IMG/VR virus record: IMGVR_UViG_3300037258_001214
Span: 30,376-94,375 of that record
From: a virus
DNA: 64,000 nucleotides
Direction: 5' to 3' (one strand)
The notes under the pieces were generated by a model. It did no database searches. It saw only the letters and a list, made by a program, of their open reading frames with translations, and was not told where the DNA came from. Position numbers and translations under genes: made by a program. This document shows, one piece after another, positions 34,940 through 44,367 of this stretch (within the stretch, counting starts at the first letter, position 1; each line of letters opens with the position of its first letter).

Positions 34940-35217
34940 CGGTACGAGGTGACCGTCTTCCGCTTCCTCTTGCCGCTGAGGTAGATGGGCGTCCACAGGC
35001 CGCAGGTGCAGATGATCATCGTCCAGTGGAAGATCTCGACGCCGAACGACATCCGGTTCCTGGAGACCGCGCGCCTCGGCTGCTGCGGCGGCTGATACTG
35101 AGGCTGGGGAGCGTACTGGGGTGGCGGCGGATATTGCTGCTGGTACGGGTACTGCTGGGGCTGGCCCTGGTACTGGGGCTGGTTCGGTCTTGGCTGTCGC
35201 GGATCCTGAGGCATCAT
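34936..35217 (-). CDS. Small membrane moron with Pro/Gln/Tyr N-terminus
   Basis: PQQY repeats, then FHWTMIICTCGLWTPIYL and a basic tail; GGGGAG RBS. Confidence 0.75.
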   Translation of the reverse strand: MMPQDPRQPRPNQPQYQGQPQQYPYQQQYPPPPQYAPQPQYQPPQQPRRAVSRNRMSFGVEIFHWTMIICTCGLWTPIYLSGKRKRKTVTSYR

Positions 35218-35423
35218 TGCCGTTACTCCCCTTCCGGCTGGGAATTGACAGGGAGTAGACGCGCAAATGCGGCTCAAGGATGGCAAAGATCAGGTTGTGC
35301 GCCGGCCGTCACCGGTTCCCGATACGCCCGGGCCGCACGATTTGAACGGCAGCCCCCTCCGGCAAGGCCAGCCGAGGCGCTCGCGGTCGGTTCCGCAGCC
35401 GGTGACGGCCGCACAGTTAAAGG

Positions 35424-35861
35424 CTAGCGCCCGGCCTGCTCGGCGTGCGCCTTGATGTCGGCCAGGAACTCCCGGACCGTCATCCGGCGCCATCCGGCAG
35501 TGATAAAGCCCTTCGGCAGGCCGGCGCTCCAGTCGGCACACTCATGGTCGCCCTTATTGCAGCACAGGGGATCTTGGGGGAAGAGTAGCGGCCAGTCCAG
35601 GAACGGGGTCAGGTCAGCAGCGAGCGGCTCGACATGCTTGCCGGTCACGGTGTCAGCCTCAGGGATCGCCTCGGTGCGGCGGTAGGCGGCAAGATACAGG
35701 CCGCCAGCGGTGCTATCGGGGATCTGCTGGTAGAGGTCGCGCACCATCGGACCGTCGTCCGGGATGCGGTGCATCACAATGGTGATGCCGGGCAGCGGGG
35801 CGTCCTGGTCGATGACCTTCTGGTGGTGCGGTCCGCCGACCAGCATCACCCGGACGCTCAC
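35424..35861 (-). CDS. Hypothetical protein
   Basis: VMLVGGPHH start; GTGA overlap. Confidence 0.65.
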   Translation of the reverse strand: MSVRVMLVGGPHHQKVIDQDAPLPGITIVMHRIPDDGPMVRDLYQQIPDSTAGGLYLAAYRRTEAIPEADTVTGKHVEPLAADLTPFLDWPLLFPQDPLCCNKGDHECADWSAGLPKGFITAGWRRMTVREFLADIKAHAEQAGR

Positions 35862-36205
35862 GGCTTCCACTCCTGGTCGTAGTCCGGGTGATCGGCCCAC
35901 CGGACGAGCAGGTCCCGGAATTCCGGGCACGGCCACGCCATCCTCTGCCACTCCTCGGGATAGGCCAGGCGCTCCTCAAGGCACCACGAGCAGGTGCCGT
36001 CGGGCTTGGGCTGGTGCCGTTCCAGGATGCGCCGCCCGGCCTCGACCTCGCGGAGCACGCGGCGTGCGATCGCCTGCGCTGCCGACCCGTCGGTGAAGAT
36101 CCGGATCAGCGCACCCATGCCCGTGGCGCCCTCGGTGACAAGGCTCTTGGCCGACTGCTCGTCCTCGTCCAGCCGGGCGGTCGCGAACGCTACTGGGTCG
36201 CTCAC
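35858..36205 (-). CDS. DUF6221-family protein
   Basis: AF..ARLDEDE, RVLREVEAGRRIL, WPC, ADHPDY..EW.P. Confidence 0.85.
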   Translation of the reverse strand: MSDPVAFATARLDEDEQSAKSLVTEGATGMGALIRIFTDGSAAQAIARRVLREVEAGRRILERHQPKPDGTCSWCLEERLAYPEEWQRMAWPCPEFRDLLVRWADHPDYDQEWKP

Positions 36206-36501
36206 GGCGTCACGCTCCCGACATCGGGAAGGTGCTGCCCGAGGGTGACCACCAGCCGGCCGTTCTCCTCGGAGACCGTGGCACCCATCGCGGTGAATAG
36301 CTCGGCCTCGTGTCCCTGATCTGGGATGATGCCGGGTTCGTTGCAGTGCCCGCAGGTTACCCAGTGGCCATGCTCTGGCTTGCGGACGCTTCGCTCGCAG
36401 GCGCAGGTCGGGCAGTGGGGCTGTTCCCACCATGGCGGCGACACGTGGCGCGTGTAGCACATGCGGCCCGCGCTTTGCGGGTGAAAGACCATCACCTGCA
36501 T
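36202..36501 (-). CDS. Zn-ribbon hypothetical protein
   Basis: CPTC...CGHC. Confidence 0.6.
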   Translation of the reverse strand: MQVMVFHPQSAGRMCYTRHVSPPWWEQPHCPTCACERSVRKPEHGHWVTCGHCNEPGIIPDQGHEAELFTAMGATVSEENGRLVVTLGQHLPDVGSVTP

Positions 36502-36504
36502 CGC

Positions 36505-36954
36505 TCACGCTCCCGGTATCGCGGCCATCGGCCGGTCGATCCCCTGGACCCGGTAGACCTTGCAGCCCATGAAGTCGCCGACGAAGCCCGGCGGCGACTC
36601 GGAGGGAAGCATGAGCGCCGGGTAGAGGTTCATCGCCCGGATCGCCTCTATCTGCGGTATCAGGCGCATCAGGCGTTCGTTGGGCTCCCGGAAGTCGCCC
36701 TTAGTTCCGCAGGCGGGGCACTCCCAGATGGCCGGGTTCTTGTCCGTGGTGACGATCCGGACGTGGTGCTCGAAGGTCTTGCCCTTGCACAGCGCCAGGC
36801 CGCCCAGAGACGCGAGCATCCCGGCCGTCACCGGGTCGAACTTGGCCATCATCTCCATGTGCTCGGCCCACTTGCCGTGCATGCAGCCGGGCACCTCGCA
36901 GGATGCCGGGTCGTGGGGATCGGTGAACGCGGTCGAGAAGTCTTCGCTGGCCAT
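36505..36954 (-). CDS. Hypothetical protein
   Basis: Cys motifs; shares its C-terminus with the neighbour. Confidence 0.7.
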   Translation of the reverse strand: MASEDFSTAFTDPHDPASCEVPGCMHGKWAEHMEMMAKFDPVTAGMLASLGGLALCKGKTFEHHVRIVTTDKNPAIWECPACGTKGDFREPNERLMRLIPQIEAIRAMNLYPALMLPSESPPGFVGDFMGCKVYRVQGIDRPMAAIPGA

Positions 36955-36957
36955 GCC

Positions 36958-37275
36958 TCACGCTCCCGGTATCGCGACCATCGGCCGCTCGGCCTCGAAC
37001 TGCAGCGATCTGCCGAGCGCCGCCTTGATCTCCTTGCCCCACATGGCGGAAATCAGCGACGAGGTGAACGAGCCCGGCCGCTCCGGGCGCGGCTGCGGCT
37101 TCCCGTCGCATGCCCGCGCGTGCTCGCGGGCAGTCCGCAGGATGTCCAGCGGCGTATCCCCGTCGACCCAGGTCTCCCAGTCGCACAACCGGTAGGAGTG
37201 GGTCAGCGCCACCCCTCCGTCGTCCCGCTCGGTGCTGACGGCGAACTGGCTGAGCGCTATTCGCTTGCGTGGCAT
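36958..37275 (-). CDS. Hypothetical protein
   Basis: First gene of the leftward moron cluster. Confidence 0.65.
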   Translation of the reverse strand: MPRKRIALSQFAVSTERDDGGVALTHSYRLCDWETWVDGDTPLDILRTAREHARACDGKPQPRPERPGSFTSSLISAMWGKEIKAALGRSLQFEAERPMVAIPGA

Positions 37276-37378
37276 GCCCCGCATCGTAGCCCGCGCCTCT
37301 AGTGCACCGGCCGCCCCCGCTTGCTACGATCAGCACGACGCCGAGAGCCGAAAACGCCCGGCATCAGGCAGGAGCCCG

Positions 37379-37419
37379 CCCGCAACGGCCGGGGCCAGCC
37401 GCCAATCGCCCGCAACGGG
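37379..37419 (+). promoter_or_regulatory. Late double-hairpin element, copy 7 (before neck genes)
   Basis: CC-GCAAC-GG ... CCC-GCAAC-GGG; TACGAT at 37325. Confidence 0.65.
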
Positions 37420-37452
37420 GAGCATCACCACTGCTACCCCGGAAGACGGGCC

Positions 37453-37773
37453 ATGCGGATCGAGTTCGACCCTGACGCGTACGCGCACATCGCCGAGGCG
37501 GTAGACGCGTTCTTCCTTGACGTGCTCGGTCCCGCGATCCGCGACGATGCCCGCCGCTTCTGCCCGAAGCGCTCCGGTGACCTCGCCGACAGCCTCGAAC
37601 GGCACCTCGAAGAGCACACCCTCATCGTGTCGGCCACGGGCTCCGAGAAGCGCGAGTACGCCGCCTACGTCGAGCTAGGCCACCGCATCGTGGCCTGGGG
37701 CCACGAAACCGGCCACGTCCAGCCGCCTTCGCCGTTCTTGCGGCCGGCGCTCTACCAGCAGAGGAGCGCCTGA
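37453..37773 (+). CDS. HK97 gp10-like neck protein
   Basis: A.RFCPKRSGDL..S, YAAYVELG, PFLRPAL. Confidence 0.88.
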   Translation: MRIEFDPDAYAHIAEAVDAFFLDVLGPAIRDDARRFCPKRSGDLADSLERHLEEHTLIVSATGSEKREYAAYVELGHRIVAWGHETGHVQPPSPFLRPALYQQRSA

Positions 37774-38147
37774 TGGCCGTCTTCAGCATCCACGACCGCG
37801 TGACCGGCTGGGTTGATGACCAGCTCGCCCAGGAGGACCCGCTCGACGCCGATGAGTGGGGACGCCACCTCACCATGGCGGCCATGCAGACCCCCAAGGG
37901 CGACGCCATCGTGTGGATTCTCCTCGTCACGATGCGCGGCCCCTACCTCGGCCAGGACCCGATCGGCTCCACCAGCAAGTTCCAGGCGAACGTCCCGCCG
38001 GAGACCGCCGTCCGCGCCGCCGTCACGCGCGCCGTGGAGAACCTGCGGAAAGCCTTCGAGATCAAGAAGCGCGAGGGCTTCACGCCGGGCAACGGCCACA
38101 ACCAGGCTGGGCTCCCGCCGGGCCTGATGGGGCGGAAGCTCGGGTGA
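37773..38147 (+). CDS. Hypothetical protein
   Basis: Coupled operon member. Confidence 0.65.
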   Translation: MAVFSIHDRVTGWVDDQLAQEDPLDADEWGRHLTMAAMQTPKGDAIVWILLVTMRGPYLGQDPIGSTSKFQANVPPETAVRAAVTRAVENLRKAFEIKKREGFTPGNGHNQAGLPPGLMGRKLG

Positions 38148-38626
38148 GCACCCTGGCCGCGCTCCACACGCCGACCGATCTCGTGGCCGCCGAGTGGATC
38201 CGCACGATCCCGGGCCTTGTCGCTGACGGGGTGGCGACCCAGCTTCCCGCCGACGAGAAGACATGGGCCGCGAACGGGTTCGTGGTCGTGCCGACGCAGG
38301 TCGGCGGCACCCCGCACAGGAACATCCCGATCCGCCGTCCCGTCTGCCAGGTCGAGACGTGGGGCACCGTACCGGGATCCGACAAGCTCCCGTGGGGCAT
38401 CGCCAACCAGCTGATGGAGCAGATCCGGGCGGGGACCTACGACCGGACGACGTTCGGTCGGCTCCTCACCATCACCGCCGGCGGTGTCACCTACCCGCCC
38501 GCCCGCGTGCTGTCGGCCACGATGATGACCGAGCCGCGCCGCATCTGGTCCGACTCGGGGGACTACGCCGGGTTCCAGGCTGACCTGATGCTCCACTGGG
38601 TCGCCGCGGGCGAGACGGTGCCCTGA
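38144..38626 (+). CDS. Tail terminator protein
   Basis: Position; VGG.P...P...PV.QV..W, EPRR. Confidence 0.75.
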   Translation: MSTLAALHTPTDLVAAEWIRTIPGLVADGVATQLPADEKTWAANGFVVVPTQVGGTPHRNIPIRRPVCQVETWGTVPGSDKLPWGIANQLMEQIRAGTYDRTTFGRLLTITAGGVTYPPARVLSATMMTEPRRIWSDSGDYAGFQADLMLHWVAAGETVP

Positions 38627-39282
38627 TGGCGGCCGCCCCGAAGCGGGTCACCAAGACCACCGTCACCACGCCGGTCAAGGGCGGCGGGACGAAGCGGGTC
38701 TCCACGACCACCACCCGGCAGGGCGGGAACGTCACCACCACCAAGACGACCACCGTCTCAGGGCCCAAGAAGGCGACGAAGCCGAAGAAGGCCGCCCCGG
38801 CGAAGAAGACGGCCAGCAAGAAGGCCTCCAAGCCGGCCAAGCTCGCCCGTCCGCAGCTGACCGGGGAGTGGATCTGCGGGCCGAACGAGAAATACGCGCT
38901 GTGCGGCGCGGTGGCCGTCGCCAACACCCTCCTGGCCGCTACCGGGGTGCGGGCGTCCAGCGGGGACATCGAGCGGCTGTACCGGGCCGCGGGCGGCCGC
39001 GGGGATTCCGGGGTGCCGGTGCCGGAGCTGCTCGCCGCGGCGTCGGTCACGGGGCTGGCCGGGTGCCGCCTGGCCGTCTTCGGCCTGTGCGGCGCGGACG
39101 ACGAGGCCGCGCGGCTGCTGCTGCTCACCCTGGCCGGCCTGGGAGACCTGCACGCCGCCGCGGTCGCGGGCGGGGACCTGATCACCTGGGGCGAGGCGGT
39201 CCCGCTGGCCAGCCTGCCCGTCACCGTCGAGTGTGCCTGGTCGATGACCTGGCACGGAGAAGAGGCAGACGCACATGGCTGA
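38626..39282 (+). CDS. Lys/Thr-rich N-terminus plus putative papain-like peptidase domain
   Basis: CGAVAVAN ... LY..AGG..DSG ... HA.AV....ITWG. Confidence 0.55.
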   Translation: MAAAPKRVTKTTVTTPVKGGGTKRVSTTTTRQGGNVTTTKTTTVSGPKKATKPKKAAPAKKTASKKASKPAKLARPQLTGEWICGPNEKYALCGAVAVANTLLAATGVRASSGDIERLYRAAGGRGDSGVPVPELLAAASVTGLAGCRLAVFGLCGADDEAARLLLLTLAGLGDLHAAAVAGGDLITWGEAVPLASLPVTVECAWSMTWHGEEADAHG

Positions 39283-39511
39283 CAAGACGGCCGAGCCGAA
39301 GCGCTGGGTCCTGATCAAGATGCTTCACGCCGCGGTCGAGCGCACCGCGGCGGAGATCGAAGAGCTGCAGGCCCACGGCCTGTTCGTCCGCGACGCCTCC
39401 GGCCCGGACGACACGCACCCGGAGCCGTCTCCGCCCGCTGTCCCGCCGCCCGCGGGCACCGCGACTTCCCCGCCGCCCGGCGGGAATCCCAGTGACAAGG
39501 AGAAGCCCTAG
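39275..39511 (+). CDS. Small hypothetical protein
   Basis: E..EL...GLF pattern typical of genes just before the tail tube. Confidence 0.6.
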   Translation: MADKTAEPKRWVLIKMLHAAVERTAAEIEELQAHGLFVRDASGPDDTHPEPSPPAVPPPAGTATSPPPGGNPSDKEKP

Positions 39512-39868
39512 ATGTCAAACCAGATCCTCACCCCGGTCCTGGACGTCGCCGACGGCGCGGGACTCAACATCACCGCGCTGCTGACCACGCCGACCGCCGT
39601 GACCTTGCAGTTCGCGAACACCGGCCGGGAGCGCCTCATCGTGGTCCCCGGCGCCTCGGCCGAGACCGTGACCGTGGATGTCGGGACGCTGGTCCTCGGC
39701 CAGTCCGTCGCCAACTTCTCCTCGGTGACCCTGACCTCCGCCGACTACTACCAGTTCGGGCCGTATCACACCATCCTCGACCAGCCCGGCGGGAACCTGA
39801 TCCAGGTCACCCTGTCGACCATCACCTCGATCGAGGTGGCGCTGCTCCAGGGCGTCGGCGTCTACTAG
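39512..39868 (+). CDS. Virion decoration-like protein
   Basis: FANTG.E.LIV...FGPY; resembles the 29602 gene class. Confidence 0.7.
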   Translation: MSNQILTPVLDVADGAGLNITALLTTPTAVTLQFANTGRERLIVVPGASAETVTVDVGTLVLGQSVANFSSVTLTSADYYQFGPYHTILDQPGGNLIQVTLSTITSIEVALLQGVGVY

Positions 39869-39896
39869 GCCCCGCCTCCCCCTCGTCTCCGGTACG

Positions 39897-39933
39897 GCGC
39901 CGTAACGGCGCGCCAGCCAGATCCCGCAACGGG
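39897..39933 (+). promoter_or_regulatory. Late double-hairpin element, copy 8 (before tail tube)
   Basis: GCGCC-GTAAC-GGCGC ... CCC-GCAAC-GGG. Confidence 0.7.
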
Positions 39934-39972
39934 TGACCCGTAACCAAGCCACACCCCTTTGCGGGAGCATCC

Positions 39973-40557
39973 ATGATCCAGCCTTTCAACGTGTGCCAAG
40001 GGCCGGCCACCGTCTACTGGAGCCTGTTCGGCGCCACCGAGCCCGCGGGCTCGGCGATCACTGCCCCTCCGAACCCGGCGATCTGGACTGACGTCGGCGG
40101 TATCGCCGACGGGACATCGGTCCTGCTGGAAATCGACCTCACCTACACCGACCAGGGCGTCGCGCAGCTCGTCGACCCGATCGGGGCGCGGCTCACCAAG
40201 CGGGTGATCCAGCTGACCGCCGCGCTGGAGGAGGCCACGCTCCAGAACATCAACCTGGCGCAGAACCAGCTGACCACGATCTCGCCGCAGTCAGGTTTCA
40301 CCCAGCTGTCGCCGGTGACCGCCTCGAGCGCGACCCAGCCCACCTATACGGCGCTGATCATCGACGGGTGGGCGCCGACCACGGGCCTGGTCGAGCCTTC
40401 CGCCCGCCGCCGGATCATCCTCCGCAAGGCGCTGTCTTCCTCGAAGGTCGACCTGGAGTACGAGAAGACCAAGCCGAACGTCCTGAACACCACGTGGACG
40501 GGCTACTGGGTCAGCGGCACGGTCCCCCCGTACGACATCTACGATCAGACGGCCTGA
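39973..40557 (+). CDS. Major tail (tube) protein
   Basis: QGPA..Y...FGATEP, W.DVGG..DG, L.EATL.N, RR.I.RK. Confidence 0.88.
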   Translation: MIQPFNVCQGPATVYWSLFGATEPAGSAITAPPNPAIWTDVGGIADGTSVLLEIDLTYTDQGVAQLVDPIGARLTKRVIQLTAALEEATLQNINLAQNQLTTISPQSGFTQLSPVTASSATQPTYTALIIDGWAPTTGLVEPSARRRIILRKALSSSKVDLEYEKTKPNVLNTTWTGYWVSGTVPPYDIYDQTA

Positions 40558-40562
40558 CGACC

Positions 40563-40919
40563 ATGACAGCGACAGCAGCCCGCAAGGCCAGGCCCGAAGA
40601 CGACGCCCCGCAGATCGTCTCCCTCCGCTCGGTCCCGGACCGGCAGGAGGAGCGCGTCGTCCTGTTCGAGATCAATGACCGGCAGTACTCGATCCCGACC
40701 AAGGTGGCGACGAACAAGGCGCTCCGGTACCTGCACATCGGCCGGACGCAGGGCCAGGAAGCGCAGATCGACTTCATGCTCGGCGTCCTGCTCGGCGAGG
40801 AAGGCTACGAGGCGCTGATGGGCTTCGACGACCTCACCGAGGACAACCTCATGGACGTCGTCAAGGCCTGCCAGAAGGTCATGACCGGGGCCGTAGAGGT
40901 CCCAAAAGGCAAGCACTAG
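40563..40919 (+). CDS. Tail assembly chaperone (G)
   Basis: LF.I.DR.YSIP, LLGEEGYEAL; between tail tube and tape measure. Confidence 0.85.
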   Translation: MTATAARKARPEDDAPQIVSLRSVPDRQEERVVLFEINDRQYSIPTKVATNKALRYLHIGRTQGQEAQIDFMLGVLLGEEGYEALMGFDDLTEDNLMDVVKACQKVMTGAVEVPKGKH

Positions 40920-41278
40920 AACGCCTCAAGCAGGTCACGTGGGTGCTCGGATACCTGGACGACATCGCCTCTGACCTGTCCGTTTTCCACCGGATCACCG
41001 ATGCGGGAGAGATGGAGGCGCCCGTGTTCTTCATGCTGGCCCGGCGCCTCCCCGCCTACCAGGGGGTGCTCGCGGCGCGGCTGGCGGCCGAGGGCAACGG
41101 CAAGGGCGGCGGCGGGCGCGCTCCCGCCTCGTACGAGCGCGGCAGCGGCCGGGAGAACCGCGCCGCCACCGCCGCCGCGGCGCCGCCGCTGACGGCGGGG
41201 ATGGCGGCCGGGCTGAACATGCAGCTCGGCGGCCAGTGGATCCGGCACACGGTCCTGCCTCCGGCCGGGGGCGGTTAG
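40901..41278 (+). CDS. Tail assembly chaperone GT extension via programmed -1 frameshift
   Basis: Slippery C CCA AAA at 40901-40907; -1 frame open to 41278 (W.L.YLDDI.SDLS.FHRI). Confidence 0.82.
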   Translation, partial: PKRQALERLKQVTWVLGYLDDIASDLSVFHRITDAGEMEAPVFFMLARRLPAYQGVLAARLAAEGNGKGGGGRAPASYERGSGRENRAATAAAAPPLTAGMAAGLNMQLGGQWIRHTVLPPAGGG

Positions 41279-41280
41279 CG

Positions 41281-44200
41281 ATGGCGTCAGGTTTCCGCAT
41301 CGCCAGCGCGTTTGTCAGCGTCGATGCCGATACAGGCGACCTGCGCGCCCAGGTGGAGCAGGCGCTGCAGGAGTCCGGCGGGAGCATCACCGTCCCCGTC
41401 CGGGCCGACACCGAAGGCCTGAAGACCGCGCTCGACGCCGACCTGGCCGGCGACGGGGCATCGGTCGACGTCACCGCCGAGCCGGACACGCGGAGCTTCG
41501 ACGAGAAGCTCCGGGATGGCATCGAGGCGTCCGGCGGTCACCAGGTCCTCGTCGAGGCCGAGCCGGACACCTCCGGCTTCCGGGACAAGCTCGACTCGGA
41601 CCTCGCCGGGGAGACCGCAGGCGAGCAGGTCACCGTCCCCGCCGAGCCCGACGGCACCGGATTCGGGGAGAAGCTCCGGGCCGTAGCCGACGCGAACCAG
41701 GCCGAAGCCGACGTGAAAGTCAACCTCGACGACAGGGGCTCCGGCGGCGGGAGCGTCTTCGACAGCCTCCGCGACGACGCGGCGGCCGCGGGCTCGGACT
41801 CCGGGGGGATCTTCGGCAACCGGTTCGTGCAGACGCTGGTCGGCGGCAAGAAGACCGCGATCGTCACGGGCGTATCCGCGCTGCTGGCCACCCTCCCGGC
41901 CCTCGGCGGCATCGGCGGGGTCGCCATGGGCGCGGCCATGATCGGGGGGCTCACCGCGAAGCTGGCGTCGGCCAGCCCGCAGCTGCAGGCCGCGTTCCAG
42001 GGGGTGTTCGGCGGGAAGAACGCGGCAGGCAAGCAGGTCACCGGGTCGCTGACGACGACGCTGGAAGAAGCGTTCAAGCCGATGATCCCGGCTATCACCG
42101 GAGTCCTGAAGCAGGTCTCCGCGCTGGCCAAGTCGGTGGTCCCGGAGCTGACCGGGATCTTCAAGACGATCGGCCCGCAGCTCAGCTCCGTGTTCCAGGG
42201 CGTCGCCGGGGTCGTGAAAGGGTTCCTCGGCGTCATGTCGGCGGCCGCCCCCGCGTTCGGGCCGTTCGTCAGCGCGATCACCGGCCTGGTCCGGGGCATC
42301 CTGCCGGGCCTGGCCTCCATCATCAAGGCGACCGTCCCCGCGATGACGCAGTTCAGCGGGATCATCGGCAAGCTGGGGTCCTCACTCGGCGGGATGTTCT
42401 CCGCGATGGCGCCCGCGGTGGCCGCGAGCATGAAGGTGTTCGGCGCGCTGATGGGGGTCATCGGCGGCCTGCTGCCGGTGATCGGGAAGCTGGCCGGGTC
42501 GCTGGCCCAGGCCCTGGCCCCGGTCCTGGTGGCGGTCGCCGGGGCGCTCAAGGCCCTGGAGCCGGGGTTCACGGTAATCGCCAAGGTCATCGCCTCGTTC
42601 GCCGGCGCGGTCCTGACGTCCCTGTCGGGCGGCCTGCAGGCCATCGCGAAGCTGATCGGGTCCCTCGCCCCGGTCGTCGCCAAGCTCGCCACGGCGTTCA
42701 GCCAGGCCTTCCAGGTGATGGAGAACCGCGGCGTCTTCAACGACATCGAGGACGCGCTCGAGGAACTGGTCCCCCCGCTGTCCAAGTTCATCAGCGCCAT
42801 CGTGGCCGGGCTGGTGCCGATCCTGCCGCCGCTGATCTCCTTCATCGGCCAGCTGGCGTCCATCCTGCAGGGCGTCCTGGTCGCCGCGGTCACCGCGCTG
42901 CTCCCGCCGCTGACCCAGATCATGCAGGCCCTGATCCGGCTCCTGGACAGCGCCGTCGTCCCGCTGCTGCCGATGCTGGCCGGCCTCGCCCAGCAGCTCG
43001 CCACGCTCGCGGAGAAGGCGATCCTGCCTCTGCTCCCCGTCGTCGGCCAGGTCGTCACGATGCTGATCACCTTCCTGGCCAAGGCCCTGGTGCCGCTGCT
43101 GCCCGCCATCATCCAGCTCCAGGCCGCCTTCCTCCCGGTCCTGGCCGCCCTGACGCCGCTGCTGGTGCCGCTCGCGGACCTGGCCGCCCTGCTGATCCGG
43201 CTCGCGCTGGACGCCCTCACCCCGGTCATCCGGGTGATAACCGACGTCGTGACGTGGCTGGCGAAGTTCGAGACGGGACTGTCCGGCCTGGCCGGGATCG
43301 CGGGCAAGATCGCCGCCCCGTTCGTGGCGGGCTTCAACCTGATCAAGAACACGATCATGTCCGTGTTCGACCCGTGGTGGCAGTCGCACGGCCAGGAGAT
43401 CATGCAGGTCTGGAAGGCCGCCTGGGACGCCATCAAGGCCGTGTTCGGCGCGGTCTGGGACTACCTCGTCACGATCACCAAGGTCGAGTGGCAGCTGGTC
43501 ATGGACGTCCTGAAGCCGGGCATGGACCTGCTGACCGTCATCTTCAAGACCGCCTGGGACGCCATCGAGACTGTTTTCAAGACCGCCTGGGACCTCATCA
43601 CCACGGCCACCAAGATCGCCATCTCGGGCATCGAGTCGGTACTCAAGATCGCCTGGGACGTCATTACCGGGATCTTCACCGTCGCCCTCGACCTGGTAAC
43701 CGGCCACTGGTCCAAGGCGTGGACCGACCTGAAGTCGATGCTCACGCAGATCTGGAACGCGATAAAGAGCTACTTCCAGCAGGTGTGGAACGACATCTAC
43801 GACCTGGTTGTCCAGGTCGTGAACAACCTCAAGAGCTTCTTCGCCACCGCGTGGGGCGATATCAAGTCCGGGGTCTCCACGGCTTTCAATGACGTGCGCA
43901 CCACCATCAGCAACATCTGGAACGGGATCGTCAGCGACATTGAGGGGTTCGTCAACCACATCAAGTCGCTCGTCGGCGATATCGTCGGCGCCCCCGGCAA
44001 GGTCGTCAGCAGCGCCCTCGGTGCCATCGGCATCCACCTGGCCAGCGGCGGGGTGATCCCCGGCTACTCACCCGGCGTCGACTCGGTCCCGGCCGAGCTG
44101 AGCCCCGGCGAGGGCGTCCTGGTGCCGGAGGCGGTCCGGGCGCTCGGCGGGGCCACCGGGATCGCCGCGATGAACAGCTTCTTCAGCTCGGGGCGCACAG

Positions 44201-44367
44201 GCGGCGGCGCCGCGGCCTTCTCCGCTGCCGCGCCTGCCGCGCCCGCGGCAGCAGGGGGCCACGGAGGCCTCACCCAGAACGTCAACTTCTACGGCACCCA
44301 GTACCCGACGCCTGAGATGAAGCAGGCGATCCTGATGGACCTCGCCGCCGCGGTGGGGGTGAGCTGA
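41281..44367 (+). CDS. Tape measure protein
   Basis: GFRIASAFV.V..D start, long amphipathic and W-periodic repeats, GVDSVPA.LSPGE.V. Confidence 0.95.
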   Translation: MASGFRIASAFVSVDADTGDLRAQVEQALQESGGSITVPVRADTEGLKTALDADLAGDGASVDVTAEPDTRSFDEKLRDGIEASGGHQVLVEAEPDTSGFRDKLDSDLAGETAGEQVTVPAEPDGTGFGEKLRAVADANQAEADVKVNLDDRGSGGGSVFDSLRDDAAAAGSDSGGIFGNRFVQTLVGGKKTAIVTGVSALLATLPALGGIGGVAMGAAMIGGLTAKLASASPQLQAAFQGVFGGKNAAGKQVTGSLTTTLEEAFKPMIPAITGVLKQVSALAKSVVPELTGIFKTIGPQLSSVFQGVAGVVKGFLGVMSAAAPAFGPFVSAITGLVRGILPGLASIIKATVPAMTQFSGIIGKLGSSLGGMFSAMAPAVAASMKVFGALMGVIGGLLPVIGKLAGSLAQALAPVLVAVAGALKALEPGFTVIAKVIASFAGAVLTSLSGGLQAIAKLIGSLAPVVAKLATAFSQAFQVMENRGVFNDIEDALEELVPPLSKFISAIVAGLVPILPPLISFIGQLASILQGVLVAAVTALLPPLTQIMQALIRLLDSAVVPLLPMLAGLAQQLATLAEKAILPLLPVVGQVVTMLITFLAKALVPLLPAIIQLQAAFLPVLAALTPLLVPLADLAALLIRLALDALTPVIRVITDVVTWLAKFETGLSGLAGIAGKIAAPFVAGFNLIKNTIMSVFDPWWQSHGQEIMQVWKAAWDAIKAVFGAVWDYLVTITKVEWQLVMDVLKPGMDLLTVIFKTAWDAIETVFKTAWDLITTATKIAISGIESVLKIAWDVITGIFTVALDLVTGHWSKAWTDLKSMLTQIWNAIKSYFQQVWNDIYDLVVQVVNNLKSFFATAWGDIKSGVSTAFNDVRTTISNIWNGIVSDIEGFVNHIKSLVGDIVGAPGKVVSSALGAIGIHLASGGVIPGYSPGVDSVPAELSPGEGVLVPEAVRALGGATGIAAMNSFFSSGRTGGGAAAFSAAAPAAPAAAGGHGGLTQNVNFYGTQYPTPEMKQAILMDLAAAVGVS

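Noticed and set aside
35245-35250. Plus-strand TTGACA
   Set aside because: No -10 box at 16-18 nt spacing
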